DNA from: an uncultured Spirochaetota bacterium
GTDB lineage: Bacteria > Spirochaetota > Brevinematia > Brevinematales > JAOACQ01
Direction of reading: 5' to 3'
NCBI GenBank assembly: GCA_963783575.1
Contig: CAWAOD010000005.1
Coordinates: 224,001 to 288,000 of the forward strand
Length of the DNA stretch: 64,000 nt
Below, one piece after another: positions 20,039 to 30,182 of this stretch. The position numbers were made by a program, and so were the translations under genes. Position 1 is the first letter of the stretch. Each line of letters begins with the position of its first letter. The notes below the pieces were generated by a model. The model was not told the DNA's origin, made no database searches, and saw nothing but the letters and a program-made list of their open reading frames with translations.

Positions 20039-20868
20039 CTGCTGACTACCGCCTTAGCAATTAGATTTAATAATAAAACAAAAACAACTAGAATAAAAGA
20101 TGCCCCCCATGCTATATTCTGCAGGTCTTGATATGGGCCTGTCGCATATTTGAAAATAATGTGGGGTATTGTATCTATGGATTTAAACAAATTGAAGCTC
20201 ATATATGGATTACCGAAAGCAGTGAATAATAGAGGCGCCGTTTCTCCGGCTATCCTTGCTATGCTAACAAGAATCCCGGTTATTACTCCGCTAAGTCCGG
20301 CCGGTAATATTACTTTCAAAACCACCCTGTGATAAGGCACTCCTAAGGCATAAGCCGCTTCAACAAGAGCCGATGGTATCATTTTTAATGTCTCTTCGGT
20401 GCTTTTTATCACAACTGGCAGCATCATTATCGACAGTGCTATGCCTCCTGAAAGCGCGGAAAACCCGCCGAATGGCAGAACAACCCAGACATAAGCTATA
20501 ATGCCGATAACAATAGACGGAACGCCCTGTAGAACATCAACGGTTATTCTTGCGAAATCCCCCAGTTTACCGCCCTTGTTTTCAGAAAGATATATTCCGC
20601 ACAAAATCCCGATTGGAATTGCAAGGACACTAGCCGTAATTACAACAATTAAACTTCCTACTATCGCATTCGCTATTCCTCCCCCCAATTCTCCTGTCGG
20701 TTTTGGGAGGCTGAAGAAAAGATCCCAGTTAAGATACGCGATCCCGTTTTTAAATATATAAAAGAGTATAAAAACCAGCGGAAGGAGCGTAATTACTGAA
20801 AGCAGCATTATTGCTGCTATAAAAAGCCTATCCTTTAATATGTTCCAAAAGACTGATTTTTTTATCAT
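20020..20868 (-). CDS. pstA: Phosphate ABC transporter permease PstA
   Basis: [31 protein letters not shown]. Confidence 0.95.
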   Translation of the reverse strand: MIKKSVFWNILKDRLFIAAIMLLSVITLLPLVFILFYIFKNGIAYLNWDLFFSLPKPTGELGGGIANAIVGSLIVVITASVLAIPIGILCGIYLSENKGGKLGDFARITVDVLQGVPSIVIGIIAYVWVVLPFGGFSALSGGIALSIMMLPVVIKSTEETLKMIPSALVEAAYALGVPYHRVVLKVILPAGLSGVITGILVSIARIAGETAPLLFTAFGNPYMSFNLFKSIDTIPHIIFKYATGPYQDLQNIAWGASFILVVFVLLLNLIAKAVVSRWKVKF

Positions 20869-20892
20869 AAATTAACCCATCACAATAATTTT

Positions 20893-21936
20893 TCATTTAA
20901 TAATCATTTTATTGATTAAATACCTTCCAAGAATACCAAAAACAATTGTTATCAAAAATAAAACAAGCCCCATTTCTATCAGTGATGAAAGATACAGCTT
21001 ATCTGTCGCCTCCGCAAACTCATTTGCGATAAGGCTGGATATTGTATGCCCGGGGCCGAAAAGATTCGTGGGAATATCGTAAGCGTTTCCAATGACCATT
21101 GTTACTGCCATTGTTTCTCCAAGCGCCCTGCCGAAAGATAAAAGGATACCGGCCATTACGCCTGAGCTAGCATAAGGAAAAACAACTTTTTTGATGACTT
21201 CATACCTTGTAGCTCCGAGGGAATATGCAGCTTCCTTCAGCTCATTCGGGACCAACGTTATCACTTCCCTCGCAATTGATGCTGCATAAGGTATAATCAT
21301 TATAGCTAAAAGCAGTGATGCGGCAAAAATTCCAACCCCAAGCGGAATAATATGCATTCTAATTTCAAAAGCACGGATGATCGGAACAAGAATAAAAAGG
21401 CCCCACATACCGTAAATTATTGATGGAATCCCGGCAAGCAGTTCTATTGCCGAATTAAATACAGCCGAGAAAAGGCCGGAAGGAAAATATTCTCCAAGCA
21501 GAACTGCAATGGAAAATGAAAAAGGCAGTGAAATCGCTAGCGCCAGTAATGAAGAAATCAATGTGCCCATTATAAAAGGGAGGGCGCCGAACGTTCCGGT
21601 AAAAGGCTCCCAGGTCCTTCCCGTAAAAAATTCTAAACCGAATTTGATTATCGAAGGAACTGCTGAAATAATCAGACTGATGAACATTGCTAATAGCAAA
21701 GCACATACAATAACTACCGATATTAGGATCAGTCCTTTGAAACTCTTAACAAAATAATAAGTACTATGGGGCGCGTTAATAGCGCCCCTTTGAATTTCTA
21801 ACTTTTTTGATATTATAGTTTTTTTAATACCGCTGTTAATAATACTACTGTTTAAAGCCGTATCGGCTGCTATGCTGTTACCGGCAACAGTATTGCCGCT
21901 ACCTGTTGTATTATTTCCTGACCTTTTTGCCATCAT
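20893..21936 (-). CDS. pstC: Phosphate ABC transporter permease PstC
   Basis: ELLAGIPSIIYGMWG, GRALGETMAV, IANEFAEA; start uncertain. Confidence 0.95.
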   Translation of the reverse strand: MMAKRSGNNTTGSGNTVAGNSIAADTALNSSIINSGIKKTIISKKLEIQRGAINAPHSTYYFVKSFKGLILISVVIVCALLLAMFISLIISAVPSIIKFGLEFFTGRTWEPFTGTFGALPFIMGTLISSLLALAISLPFSFSIAVLLGEYFPSGLFSAVFNSAIELLAGIPSIIYGMWGLFILVPIIRAFEIRMHIIPLGVGIFAASLLLAIMIIPYAASIAREVITLVPNELKEAAYSLGATRYEVIKKVVFPYASSGVMAGILLSFGRALGETMAVTMVIGNAYDIPTNLFGPGHTISSLIANEFAEATDKLYLSSLIEMGLVLFLITIVFGILGRYLINKMIIK

Positions 21937-22948
21937 AAACCACCGAATTCAAAATATCTTCCGCCAGAACAACAACACCTTTCGGTAAAACACCGTAATC
22001 TTTACCCTCGTTCAGTTTCTGCCCATCATGGATCATATACCACATAGCTTCAACCATGGCCTGTACCCTTTTCAGGGGCTTTCCGCCGTAACTCTGTTCT
22101 TTATAAAGCAGTATCCAGGTCATAGTTACTATTGGGTAACCGTCTTTAGCATCGGTATTGACCAGGGAGACTTTTGTGTCTGCCGGGATTTTAACATCGG
22201 CCGCGGCAGATGTAGATTGTAAATTAGGTTCGATAAAATTTCCACTTTTGTTCTGTATCAATGCCGCCGGCATTTTATTCTGCTTGGCGTAAGCAAGTTC
22301 AACATAGCCGATTGAACCGGGAACCTGCTTTACATACTGAGCTACACCCGGATTTCCTTTACCGCCGACTCCGGTCGGCCAGTTGATAACTTTATTTGCT
22401 CCGAATTTTTCCTTCCATTCGGGATTGACTGACGAAAGATAATCGGTAAAAACAAATGTTGTTCCGCTTCCGTCTGTTCTGTGAACAACAATTATGTTCA
22501 TATCAGGCAGCGTGATATCGGCATTTGCAGCCGCTATTTTCGGGTCGTTCCATTTTACAATCTTTCCCAGAAAGATGTCTGCTATTACATCCGGAGTAAA
22601 CTTCAATGTTTTGTCCACACCGGGAATATTGTAGGTCAATACGACCGCGCCCAGGCAGGTAGGAAAGTGAAGCACTTCAGCTTTCGCTGCGGCTGATTCC
22701 TTCTCATTCATTGGAGCGTCAGAAGCACCGAAATCAACTGTTTTACTGATCAGTTGCTGAATTCCGCCCCCGGATCCTATACCCTGGTAATTAACTTTAA
22801 CCCCGGTTTTTGCATTATAATCCGCGAACATCGCTGAATACAGCGGTTCGGGAAATGTAGCCCCGGCTGCCGATAATTCCATGCCTTCCGTAAATCCTAT
22901 AGCGCTGAATGCTATAATCATCAAAGCTGCCAATAGTACTTTCTTCAT
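21911..22948 (-). CDS. pstS: Phosphate-binding protein PstS
   Basis: Signal peptide; GATFP, YQGIGSGGG, DFGASD, RTDGSGTT, GYVELAYA. Confidence 0.97.
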   Translation of the reverse strand: MKKVLLAALMIIAFSAIGFTEGMELSAAGATFPEPLYSAMFADYNAKTGVKVNYQGIGSGGGIQQLISKTVDFGASDAPMNEKESAAAKAEVLHFPTCLGAVVLTYNIPGVDKTLKFTPDVIADIFLGKIVKWNDPKIAAANADITLPDMNIIVVHRTDGSGTTFVFTDYLSSVNPEWKEKFGANKVINWPTGVGGKGNPGVAQYVKQVPGSIGYVELAYAKQNKMPAALIQNKSGNFIEPNLQSTSAAADVKIPADTKVSLVNTDAKDGYPIVTMTWILLYKEQSYGGKPLKRVQAMVEAMWYMIHDGQKLNEGKDYGVLPKGVVVLAEDILNSVVYDGKKVRK

Positions 22949-23169
22949 TTTATTCTCCTCCTACAAAAAATTTCGATTCCCCCGCGTCATTCCGATTCCT
23001 TCTTCTTGATTTTCTTATGAATCTCCTTTAATCAATAGGTTTTTTTAATGAGATTCCATATAAGAATAAACCGGAGTTAGAATCGGAATACCATTTTGGT
23101 GTTCCCTTTTCATATTAATATAAAAATAAACAAATTCTATTAATAATCAAAATATTATAAACAATAATA

Positions 23170-23207
23170 ATTAATATAAGGTAAGTGAATTGTTAATTTT
23201 GGGTTAA
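23170..23207 (-). promoter_or_regulatory. Possible Pho box upstream of pstS
   Basis: Minus-strand TTAAC(C) at 23207, TTAACA at 23196 and TTAAT at 23174 (11- and 22-bp spacing) resemble PhoP-type TT(A/T/C)ACA repeats; the AT-rich context weakens this. Confidence 0.35.
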
Positions 23208-24457
23208 GACGGAAAATAATCGAGTATAACAACCGTCATATCGTCGGTTTGGGTTTGGGAACCTCTGTATTTATATATATCAGATAAAATCTTATTCTTT
23301 AACTCCTTTATGCTGACGGCATGATTGATAATTCTAACAATGTTTGCAAATCTCCATTCGCCGAATTCTTCTCCTGCGCTATTTGTTTGTTCAATAATAC
23401 CGTCGGTAATCAGAAAAAGCCTTTCTCCCTTTTTAAGCTTAACCCTGCTTTCAACAGGTATAACCGGCCGTGTAATACCAATCGGAACATTTTCTCCTTT
23501 TGTTTTAAGCCTGAACAATTGTTCTTTTTTCTCAATATAAATATAAGAATGTCCCATATCAAGAACTTTCAGGTCTCCTGTTTCTTCGTTAAAATCAATG
23601 AAAATGCCTGTAACAAATCTCTCGGCTTCAAATGAATTAAAAATATAATCATTTAATTTTATAATATAATCCTGCAGTCCCTTTTTAAAATCATAAATGC
23701 TGGTAATCCCGCTGATACAGGTTGTCAAGAGCGAAGCCGAAATCCCTTTTCCTGATACGTCGCAAACACAGATCATCCAGCGGCAATCCTCATAATTGTT
23801 TATATAATAAAAATCCCCGCCGACTCCTTTTGCCATTGTTGATGCACCTATAATATCGAAGTTTTTGTTATTTATCAGGACTTCATCTTTGACTATACTT
23901 TTTTGAATATTTCTAGCGAGGTTTATGTCAGCCTGGGTAATATTGGAAAGATAAACCAGAATGTCACGTGTTGAAAATATTCCTGCAAAATATTTTTCTT
24001 CAAATGTCAGGGCAAAATATTCGGTTTTTGAATTCTGCATGAATTGACCGATTTCATCCGAAATTGAAAAAATATTACGGTCATAGCCGAATGAAATCAC
24101 TTTTCTCATAACACGGTCCGATTTTTTATGTTTTAAAATATCGCTTCCGTAAGGTCTGCCGAAAATGTCAAAAAGATCTTTTCTGACAATGATCCCTGCC
24201 AGTTCATTTTCATCATTCACAACTCCTACGGCAAGAATTGTTTTATCAATATCAAAATCATACGCCAGATCGCTGATAAGTGTTTTTCTATGAACATAAT
24301 AGCGGCTGCTAACCAGTTTCCCAATAATTTCACCATGAACAGTTCCGAATTTTACTGATTTTAAAACACGAAAACTTTCCGGCACCACCGAAACCTGATT
24401 TTCAGAAATAAAATAATTCAAAGATAATGCAGATTCTTTCATAATTTGAGTCATCAA
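23204..24457 (-). CDS. CBS-domain + SpoIIE/PP2C-type phosphatase
   Basis: VGVVNDENELAGIIVR CBS-like region; VGGDFY, CDVSGKG, TDGIIE, DDMT. Confidence 0.9.
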   Translation of the reverse strand: MMTQIMKESALSLNYFISENQVSVVPESFRVLKSVKFGTVHGEIIGKLVSSRYYVHRKTLISDLAYDFDIDKTILAVGVVNDENELAGIIVRKDLFDIFGRPYGSDILKHKKSDRVMRKVISFGYDRNIFSISDEIGQFMQNSKTEYFALTFEEKYFAGIFSTRDILVYLSNITQADINLARNIQKSIVKDEVLINNKNFDIIGASTMAKGVGGDFYYINNYEDCRWMICVCDVSGKGISASLLTTCISGITSIYDFKKGLQDYIIKLNDYIFNSFEAERFVTGIFIDFNEETGDLKVLDMGHSYIYIEKKEQLFRLKTKGENVPIGITRPVIPVESRVKLKKGERLFLITDGIIEQTNSAGEEFGEWRFANIVRIINHAVSIKELKNKILSDIYKYRGSQTQTDDMTVVILDYFPS

Positions 24458-24522
24458 GGCTCCTTTAAGCGATTATCATGACAGCTGAAACAGGTTAAAA
24501 TTAAGGCGGACTTCAGGAAACC

Positions 24523-24756
24523 TTATTTTTTTTCAGAAATGATAAAAATAAAGAAATAGGTTAAACTGCTTATTATGGATATAATAGAGAATACTCTGCT
24601 GGTAATAATAAATTCATATCCTTTAATAAAATTTAAGGCAATGCTAGCTATCCAGAAAAGTATTCCAAAAACAAAAAGAAACTGAAATTTTTCCGCTTTG
24701 TCCATACCTGATATTCTTCCTCCCGTTAAAACATCAAAACTCATTTGATCCTCCAT
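24523..24756 (-). CDS. Small membrane protein
   Basis: 77 aa with two hydrophobic helices. Confidence 0.5.
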   Translation of the reverse strand: MEDQMSFDVLTGGRISGMDKAEKFQFLFVFGILFWIASIALNFIKGYEFIITSRVFSIISIISSLTYFFIFIISEKK

Positions 24757-24942
24757 AAAATTTTAATGATATATTATCCTTTGCAAATGTGAATAAATGA
24801 TTTGAATTGATTTAATTTTATGTTAATAAGTGGCCGTGAAACAGCCGATCGAACTGCTCAAATTATATTTATGAATATTCATTCTTTCTTTAATAAAACT
24901 TAACAAATATACTTTATCATTATCCTAAATTGGAAGGAAACA

Positions 24943-26709
24943 GTGAGTAAAAAGAAAAAGAAATGGCTGGATATCATCTCAAGTCTGGATTATTCATTTC
25001 AACCGATCATAAATACCTATACCGGTAAATTATATGGACTTGAAGCTCTGCTTATATACTATTGCAAAGCCGGATTTGATAATATATGGGATGTATTTGA
25101 CGCCGCATACAATGATGATTATCTTTCACAGCTTGAATTGTTGCTTATGGAAAAAGCCGTAACAAAATTTTCCCAACTAAATATCCGGGAACCGTTTAAA
25201 CTTTTTTTCAATCTTGACAACAGGAATATTCAGTCCGATAAGCACAATCCGGAAGAATTCGCAGACCTTTTAAAGTCTTATCAAATTGAACCGAATCAGT
25301 TATGCCTGGAAATTTCGGAACGTCATTCTTTCAATGCCTTTGATGAAATTAAAAGTATATTTAACAGCTATAAAAAGCAATCGTTTAAAACCGCAATCGA
25401 TGATTTTGGGACCGGTTTTTCGGGGTTGGAGTTCTTCTACCATTTTGAACCGGATTTTATTAAAATAGACCGTTTTTTTATTTCCAATATCCATACCGAT
25501 CCAAAAAAAAGGTTATTTTTGTCATATCTTGTTAATATTTCACATATGCTTGGGATTTTAATAATAGCGGAAGGAGTAGAATCGGAATTCGAGTATTATT
25601 TCTGTAAAAGCATAGGCTGCGATTTAATCCAGGGTTATTTAGTAGAAAAACCTTACAAAAACTTATCGCTTTTTAAAATTAAATATGATTATATCGAATA
25701 CCTTAATAATATTGATAAAAGAAAGAAAACGGTTGATGATCTTCTTATATACAAGCAGATGGAATGGATAGAACCGATACCGGTCGATAGGCAAATTATA
25801 GAAATATTCGATATTTTTAAAAATAATAAAAAAAATTCTTTCTTTCCGGTTGTTAATAAAGAACTTGAGCCGTTGGGGATAATCCATGAAGAGAGCCTTA
25901 AAGATTATACATATTCTCCATACGGTAAAGAAATACTTATGAATAAGTCATTGAAGATTAATCTAAAACATTTTATTATGAAAAACCCGGTTTCTGAAAT
26001 CAATGCCAGGATTGAAAAAATCCTCGAACTTTTTACGATGGATGAGAATTCCGACGGTATTATAATCACAAAAGAAGGAAGATATATCGGGTTTTTAGGG
26101 GCAAAAGCTCTTTTGAAGGCAATTCATGAAAAGAACATTGAATTGGCGTCTAACCAGAATCCTCTTTCAAAACTTCCCGGGAATAATTCCATCTATCAAT
26201 ATTTATCCCGGGTTCTTGAAGAAACTGATTCGGATCATTTTATTATTCATTTTGACCTGAATTTTTTCAAGCCGTTCAATGACAAATATGGATTCAGACA
26301 GGGCGACAGGGCCCTTTTAATGTTTTCCGAAATTTTAAAAAAACATTCGAAAGAACTTTATGTAGGGCATATAGGCGGTGATGACTTCTTTGCCGGATTT
26401 AAATCAAAAGGATACGATTTTGACACAATTGAAAAAATAGTCATGCTTATACTTGATGAGTTCTCGTCGGAAGCAATGCACTTATATAATGAGGAAGACA
26501 AGCGAAATGCTTGTATTATTGCAGTCAACAGGGAAGGTAAACTGCAGAATTTTCAGCTTTTATCGGCAAGCGCCGTTGTACTTCATATACCTCCCCGTCC
26601 AATTCCTATAACCATTGATGATATCAGCATTATTATGGCTGAAATGAAAAAAAATGTGAAAAATGACCGTGAAAAAATGTTATCAATGTCTGTTTTAAAA
26701 AAATTTTAA
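24943..26709 (+). CDS. EAL-CBS-GGDEF protein
   Basis: FQPI..EAL, DDFGTGFS, IKIDR, AEGVE, QGY; central CBS pair; NPLSKLPGN, FKPFNDKYGF..GD, GHIGGDDF. Confidence 0.92.
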   Translation: MSKKKKKWLDIISSLDYSFQPIINTYTGKLYGLEALLIYYCKAGFDNIWDVFDAAYNDDYLSQLELLLMEKAVTKFSQLNIREPFKLFFNLDNRNIQSDKHNPEEFADLLKSYQIEPNQLCLEISERHSFNAFDEIKSIFNSYKKQSFKTAIDDFGTGFSGLEFFYHFEPDFIKIDRFFISNIHTDPKKRLFLSYLVNISHMLGILIIAEGVESEFEYYFCKSIGCDLIQGYLVEKPYKNLSLFKIKYDYIEYLNNIDKRKKTVDDLLIYKQMEWIEPIPVDRQIIEIFDIFKNNKKNSFFPVVNKELEPLGIIHEESLKDYTYSPYGKEILMNKSLKINLKHFIMKNPVSEINARIEKILELFTMDENSDGIIITKEGRYIGFLGAKALLKAIHEKNIELASNQNPLSKLPGNNSIYQYLSRVLEETDSDHFIIHFDLNFFKPFNDKYGFRQGDRALLMFSEILKKHSKELYVGHIGGDDFFAGFKSKGYDFDTIEKIVMLILDEFSSEAMHLYNEEDKRNACIIAVNREGKLQNFQLLSASAVVLHIPPRPIPITIDDISIIMAEMKKNVKNDREKMLSMSVLKKF

Positions 26710-26798
26710 GATTATTTATCGATTATTTGTACAATTATTTTTTATTTTATGTTATATTATTATATTAAAAAGTAAATAAATAATTCAGGGAGCTTATT

Positions 26799-27482
26799 AT
26801 GAATAAAAAATTCGTATTTACAGTAATGGTTGGATTATCAGTTATTTTAACCCAAAGCGCTGCGTTTTCCAAACAGGCTTCCAATACCGGGAAACAACTT
26901 ATTATTGTTGGATTTATCGGCAAAGCGGAAATTAAAACCGGCAAAAATAAATGGAAAGTCCTTAATATTGAAGATAAAGTCAGCGAAAACAGCGAAGTAA
27001 GGGTCCTGAAAAAAGACGATTACCTTGAGCTTAGCTCCGATGATACAGTTTATAAAATTACCGGAGGTTCATTAATAAAAATAGAAGATTTATTAAAAAA
27101 ACAGGATTCAAATAAAATGAGAACCGTTAATAACGACGACGTGTTCAAAGTTGAGACTTCTGCAGAAGTCGCCGGCGTCAGGGGTGGGGTAACAAAGAAT
27201 AAGAGCGCCGCGGCTCAGGCAGTCATCCTGCCGGCTGAACTGTCATTCGCAGTAACCGGTATTTATCAGGGAGTATGTCAATTCAGAACCGGTGATACAA
27301 ACAATACCAACTGGCAGGCGATCGAATATGGAATAAGGCTGCACTCCGAAGCTGAAATCTTAATACCCGGAACAAACAGCAGCATCCAGCTGAGATTTTT
27401 CGATAGATCCTCAACCAATCTCACGGGCCCGATCCAGGTAAAGCTTTATGATATACTTCTGGAAAAATTGAACTCATTGTGA
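26799..27482 (+). CDS. Exported FecR-like protein (two partial FecR N-terminal modules)
   Basis: Signal peptide; G.AEI....W..L...DKV...SEVRV...YLEL and VAGVRG; a second module QG.CQF...WQAI..GIRL...EILI...SSIQLRFFD.S. Confidence 0.55.
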   Translation: MNKKFVFTVMVGLSVILTQSAAFSKQASNTGKQLIIVGFIGKAEIKTGKNKWKVLNIEDKVSENSEVRVLKKDDYLELSSDDTVYKITGGSLIKIEDLLKKQDSNKMRTVNNDDVFKVETSAEVAGVRGGVTKNKSAAAQAVILPAELSFAVTGIYQGVCQFRTGDTNNTNWQAIEYGIRLHSEAEILIPGTNSSIQLRFFDRSSTNLTGPIQVKLYDILLEKLNSL

Positions 27483-27533
27483 TATTCCCGGTTTTGTTTT
27501 AAATAATTCATTTCCTTCCAAAGGAGACAAATT

Positions 27534-29375
27534 ATGAACAAATTTAAATCTATATTTTTTATTTCAGCAGTTTTTTCAGTAATTGTATTATTTTCGGGAT
27601 GTCAGGTTGCCGCAAATCAGAACAGCAGCTCCCAGTCGTCCGAAAACTATACCGGAACACTTATAATTACTGAAGTTGGGAGCTCATATACTAATGGCTC
27701 ACGCTGGTTTGAAGTCTACAACAACTCAACCAATAATGTGCAGCTTTCCATTTATTCCCTCCGCTGCTATGTAATGGATGCGTCATCATATTCAGTCCAG
27801 GGAATCCAGACTTTCAGCCTGCCGGACACTTTGATTTATCCGGGCTCATACCTAGTAATACGCGGTAAGATTAATGAGGTTAACTATAACACAGGACAGA
27901 TAGTGTATATTGCGAACGGACAAAATATGGTTCCTTACTGGGATTCAAGCGGTTTTATTGAGCTTGTTAATAACGGAAATACTGGGGACTTTGTCAGCTT
28001 CGGCTCCGACAGTACAGCCCCTTTAACCGGAGGATGGAATGGAGGAGACGCGCCTGCCCTTCCTTATACAGCGGCAGGTTTTGGAAACAGCATCGTGAGG
28101 AACGGCGCCAATTCAGACTCAGACAGCGCGTCGGATTGGAGTTTGCATAGTTTTTCAACACCCGGAGGTCCTAATGACGTAACTTCGGATGCCGATTCGG
28201 ACGGCGACGGCATACCGGATTCCTGCGAACAGCCGGGAAGCACCTTTGCCGGCCTTCCTCTTTATGATTGGGGCGCGAGAGCGGGAACAAAAGACATCTT
28301 CATCTATATCGATTATATGGATACAGCCGATCCGGGCGTCATACCTCAAAAGGCAGCCCTGGACAAAGTTGTTGCGGCTTTCGCGGCTCATAATATTGCC
28401 GTTCACTTTGATATCGGCGATCTTTACGGTTCGGGGGTCAACAATTACAACCTGGATAAAAAAAGCCACCGGGTTCCATTTGCTCAAAGCATTGCTTTTG
28501 GAATATATTCCGGATACGCTAATCTTTATGATTACAAATTAAACTACATGGACCTTGCTAAAAAGCAGATTTTTCATTACCTGCTGTTCGCTTTCTCACA
28601 AAATCAAGATGGGTCGGAAGGATCGTCCGGCGTTGCGGAGCTGCCCGGGAATGATTTTATAGTTACTTTTGGTAATTGGGGATTGACAACATCTCCTGCT
28701 TCCGAATTAAACAGGCTGATAAATTATCAGGCTGCTACAATAATGCACGAATTAGGCCATAATCTTGGATTACATCATGGCGGAAATATCGACCTCAACT
28801 ATAAGCCGAATTTTTATAGTATAATGAACTATGAGTATCAGCTTGAAGGCCTCTCAAAAATCGGTGATGCTAGCGAGGGGGACCGGTATTATTTTTATCA
28901 ATATGTATGGGTAGACAGACAGACTAATACATCTTTATTTAAACAGTATTTTCCAGATCCGGACCCGGAAGCCGACTTATATAATGGCCCGACAGGAGAT
29001 CCCAGTCTATGCAAGATAGATTATTCCGACGGTACTGGGGCCGATATCGATGAGACTAATATATCGGAATCGGCCGGTCTCGTAAGATCAGGAAGTCATT
29101 GGGTGGATTACGACGGGAACGGAGCCTTAACAAGCACTAATTTTGCAAAAATTTTAAATAAGTTCCAATACAGCGGTTCCGGAGGGACTATATTAACAAA
29201 AGGCGTTCTTTCTGATTATGACGATTGGTCAAATCTTGACCTCTTCTTTACACGAAATACGAATGGAGATAACACAGGTGTGAAACCGCGTTTTGCATTA
29301 AACATCCGGCAGGACAAAATATTGGATGACCATCAGAATATTATCGTTGAAACCCTTACCCGGCCGGGAAGATGA
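27534..29375 (+). CDS. Lipoprotein with lamin-tail domain and metzincin zinc-metalloprotease domain
   Basis: Lipobox FSGC; LIITEV..WFEVYN..TPGGPN (LTD); DSDGDGIPD; HELGHNLGLHH and SIMNY Met-turn. Confidence 0.88.
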   Translation: MNKFKSIFFISAVFSVIVLFSGCQVAANQNSSSQSSENYTGTLIITEVGSSYTNGSRWFEVYNNSTNNVQLSIYSLRCYVMDASSYSVQGIQTFSLPDTLIYPGSYLVIRGKINEVNYNTGQIVYIANGQNMVPYWDSSGFIELVNNGNTGDFVSFGSDSTAPLTGGWNGGDAPALPYTAAGFGNSIVRNGANSDSDSASDWSLHSFSTPGGPNDVTSDADSDGDGIPDSCEQPGSTFAGLPLYDWGARAGTKDIFIYIDYMDTADPGVIPQKAALDKVVAAFAAHNIAVHFDIGDLYGSGVNNYNLDKKSHRVPFAQSIAFGIYSGYANLYDYKLNYMDLAKKQIFHYLLFAFSQNQDGSEGSSGVAELPGNDFIVTFGNWGLTTSPASELNRLINYQAATIMHELGHNLGLHHGGNIDLNYKPNFYSIMNYEYQLEGLSKIGDASEGDRYYFYQYVWVDRQTNTSLFKQYFPDPDPEADLYNGPTGDPSLCKIDYSDGTGADIDETNISESAGLVRSGSHWVDYDGNGALTSTNFAKILNKFQYSGSGGTILTKGVLSDYDDWSNLDLFFTRNTNGDNTGVKPRFALNIRQDKILDDHQNIIVETLTRPGR

Positions 29376-29387
29376 ATGGAGTTAAAG

Positions 29388-30110
29388 ATGAAGATACTTG
29401 GAATTATTATTTTTATATTAACCTCGGTTGGTTATTTGCAGGCACGGGAACCAGCCAATTTTAAGTTTACCGGGTTGCCTTCCTTCTTAAACAATGTAGA
29501 AATCCTAGACTGCAAGGATGAACATGATTCAATTTCAATTAAAGTGATGATTGAGTCTGATGATAAAGCATCTTCGAGCAATAACCGTGGAGAAGCATCC
29601 TCTGAAATTTCCTCGGAAGGGCCCGGGATAAACCCCGGCACGCTTGTTAATTTCAGCATCAGCCCCTGGCCCGATAATGAGAAGCTGAAAAAAAGAATTA
29701 TCGGCAGTAAACTGAAATCATCAGTGATCTATAATCCCACCGGACCTTCAAGGACTCTTGAATTTTCAAAGGATGGGAAACTTTTTTTAATAATAAAAAG
29801 CAGGGCTTTATACGGCTTTGAAGTTCTAAAAGGTATCTCAATCGAACCGGGCGGAAAGATCAAGCGTATAGGAAACCGCTTCTGGATCAACACGAAATTA
29901 AATTCTGCCGAAGGCAAAAATTATACCGCAAAGCACGGTGAACAGCTGGCGGTTTTTTCAGAAGGCAAAAAATGGCAGTTTTTATTATTCGGTGCTTCCG
30001 TTCCTGAAAGCTTTTTCACCGGAACAAACGGCATAGATTCAAATAATGGCATTGCAAAAGAGGAACCGGGGTTTATAGCAGATTTTATAGTTTATAACGA
30101 AGATTGGTGA
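29388..30110 (+). CDS. Exported hypothetical protein, co-operonic with the metalloprotease
   Basis: GGAG RBS; signal peptide MKILGIIIF...QA; starts 12 nt after the upstream stop. Confidence 0.7.
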   Translation: MKILGIIIFILTSVGYLQAREPANFKFTGLPSFLNNVEILDCKDEHDSISIKVMIESDDKASSSNNRGEASSEISSEGPGINPGTLVNFSISPWPDNEKLKKRIIGSKLKSSVIYNPTGPSRTLEFSKDGKLFLIIKSRALYGFEVLKGISIEPGGKIKRIGNRFWINTKLNSAEGKNYTAKHGEQLAVFSEGKKWQFLLFGASVPESFFTGTNGIDSNNGIAKEEPGFIADFIVYNEDW

Positions 30111-30182
30111 GGTAATTTCTATGAATAAATTATCCCCACAGCAAATAGAAAATACTCAGGAAAATTTATATCCGGATACATC

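Noticed and set aside
21780..21936. Low-complexity N-terminal extension of PstC overlapping pstS
   Set aside because: The start codon is uncertain and the weak Asn/Ser/Gly periodicity is not strong enough to call a repeat.
27534..30110. Readthrough fusion of the metalloprotease and next ORF (TGA followed by in-frame ATG at 29376)
   Set aside because: The downstream gene has its own RBS and signal peptide from 29388; this is ordinary tight operon packing.
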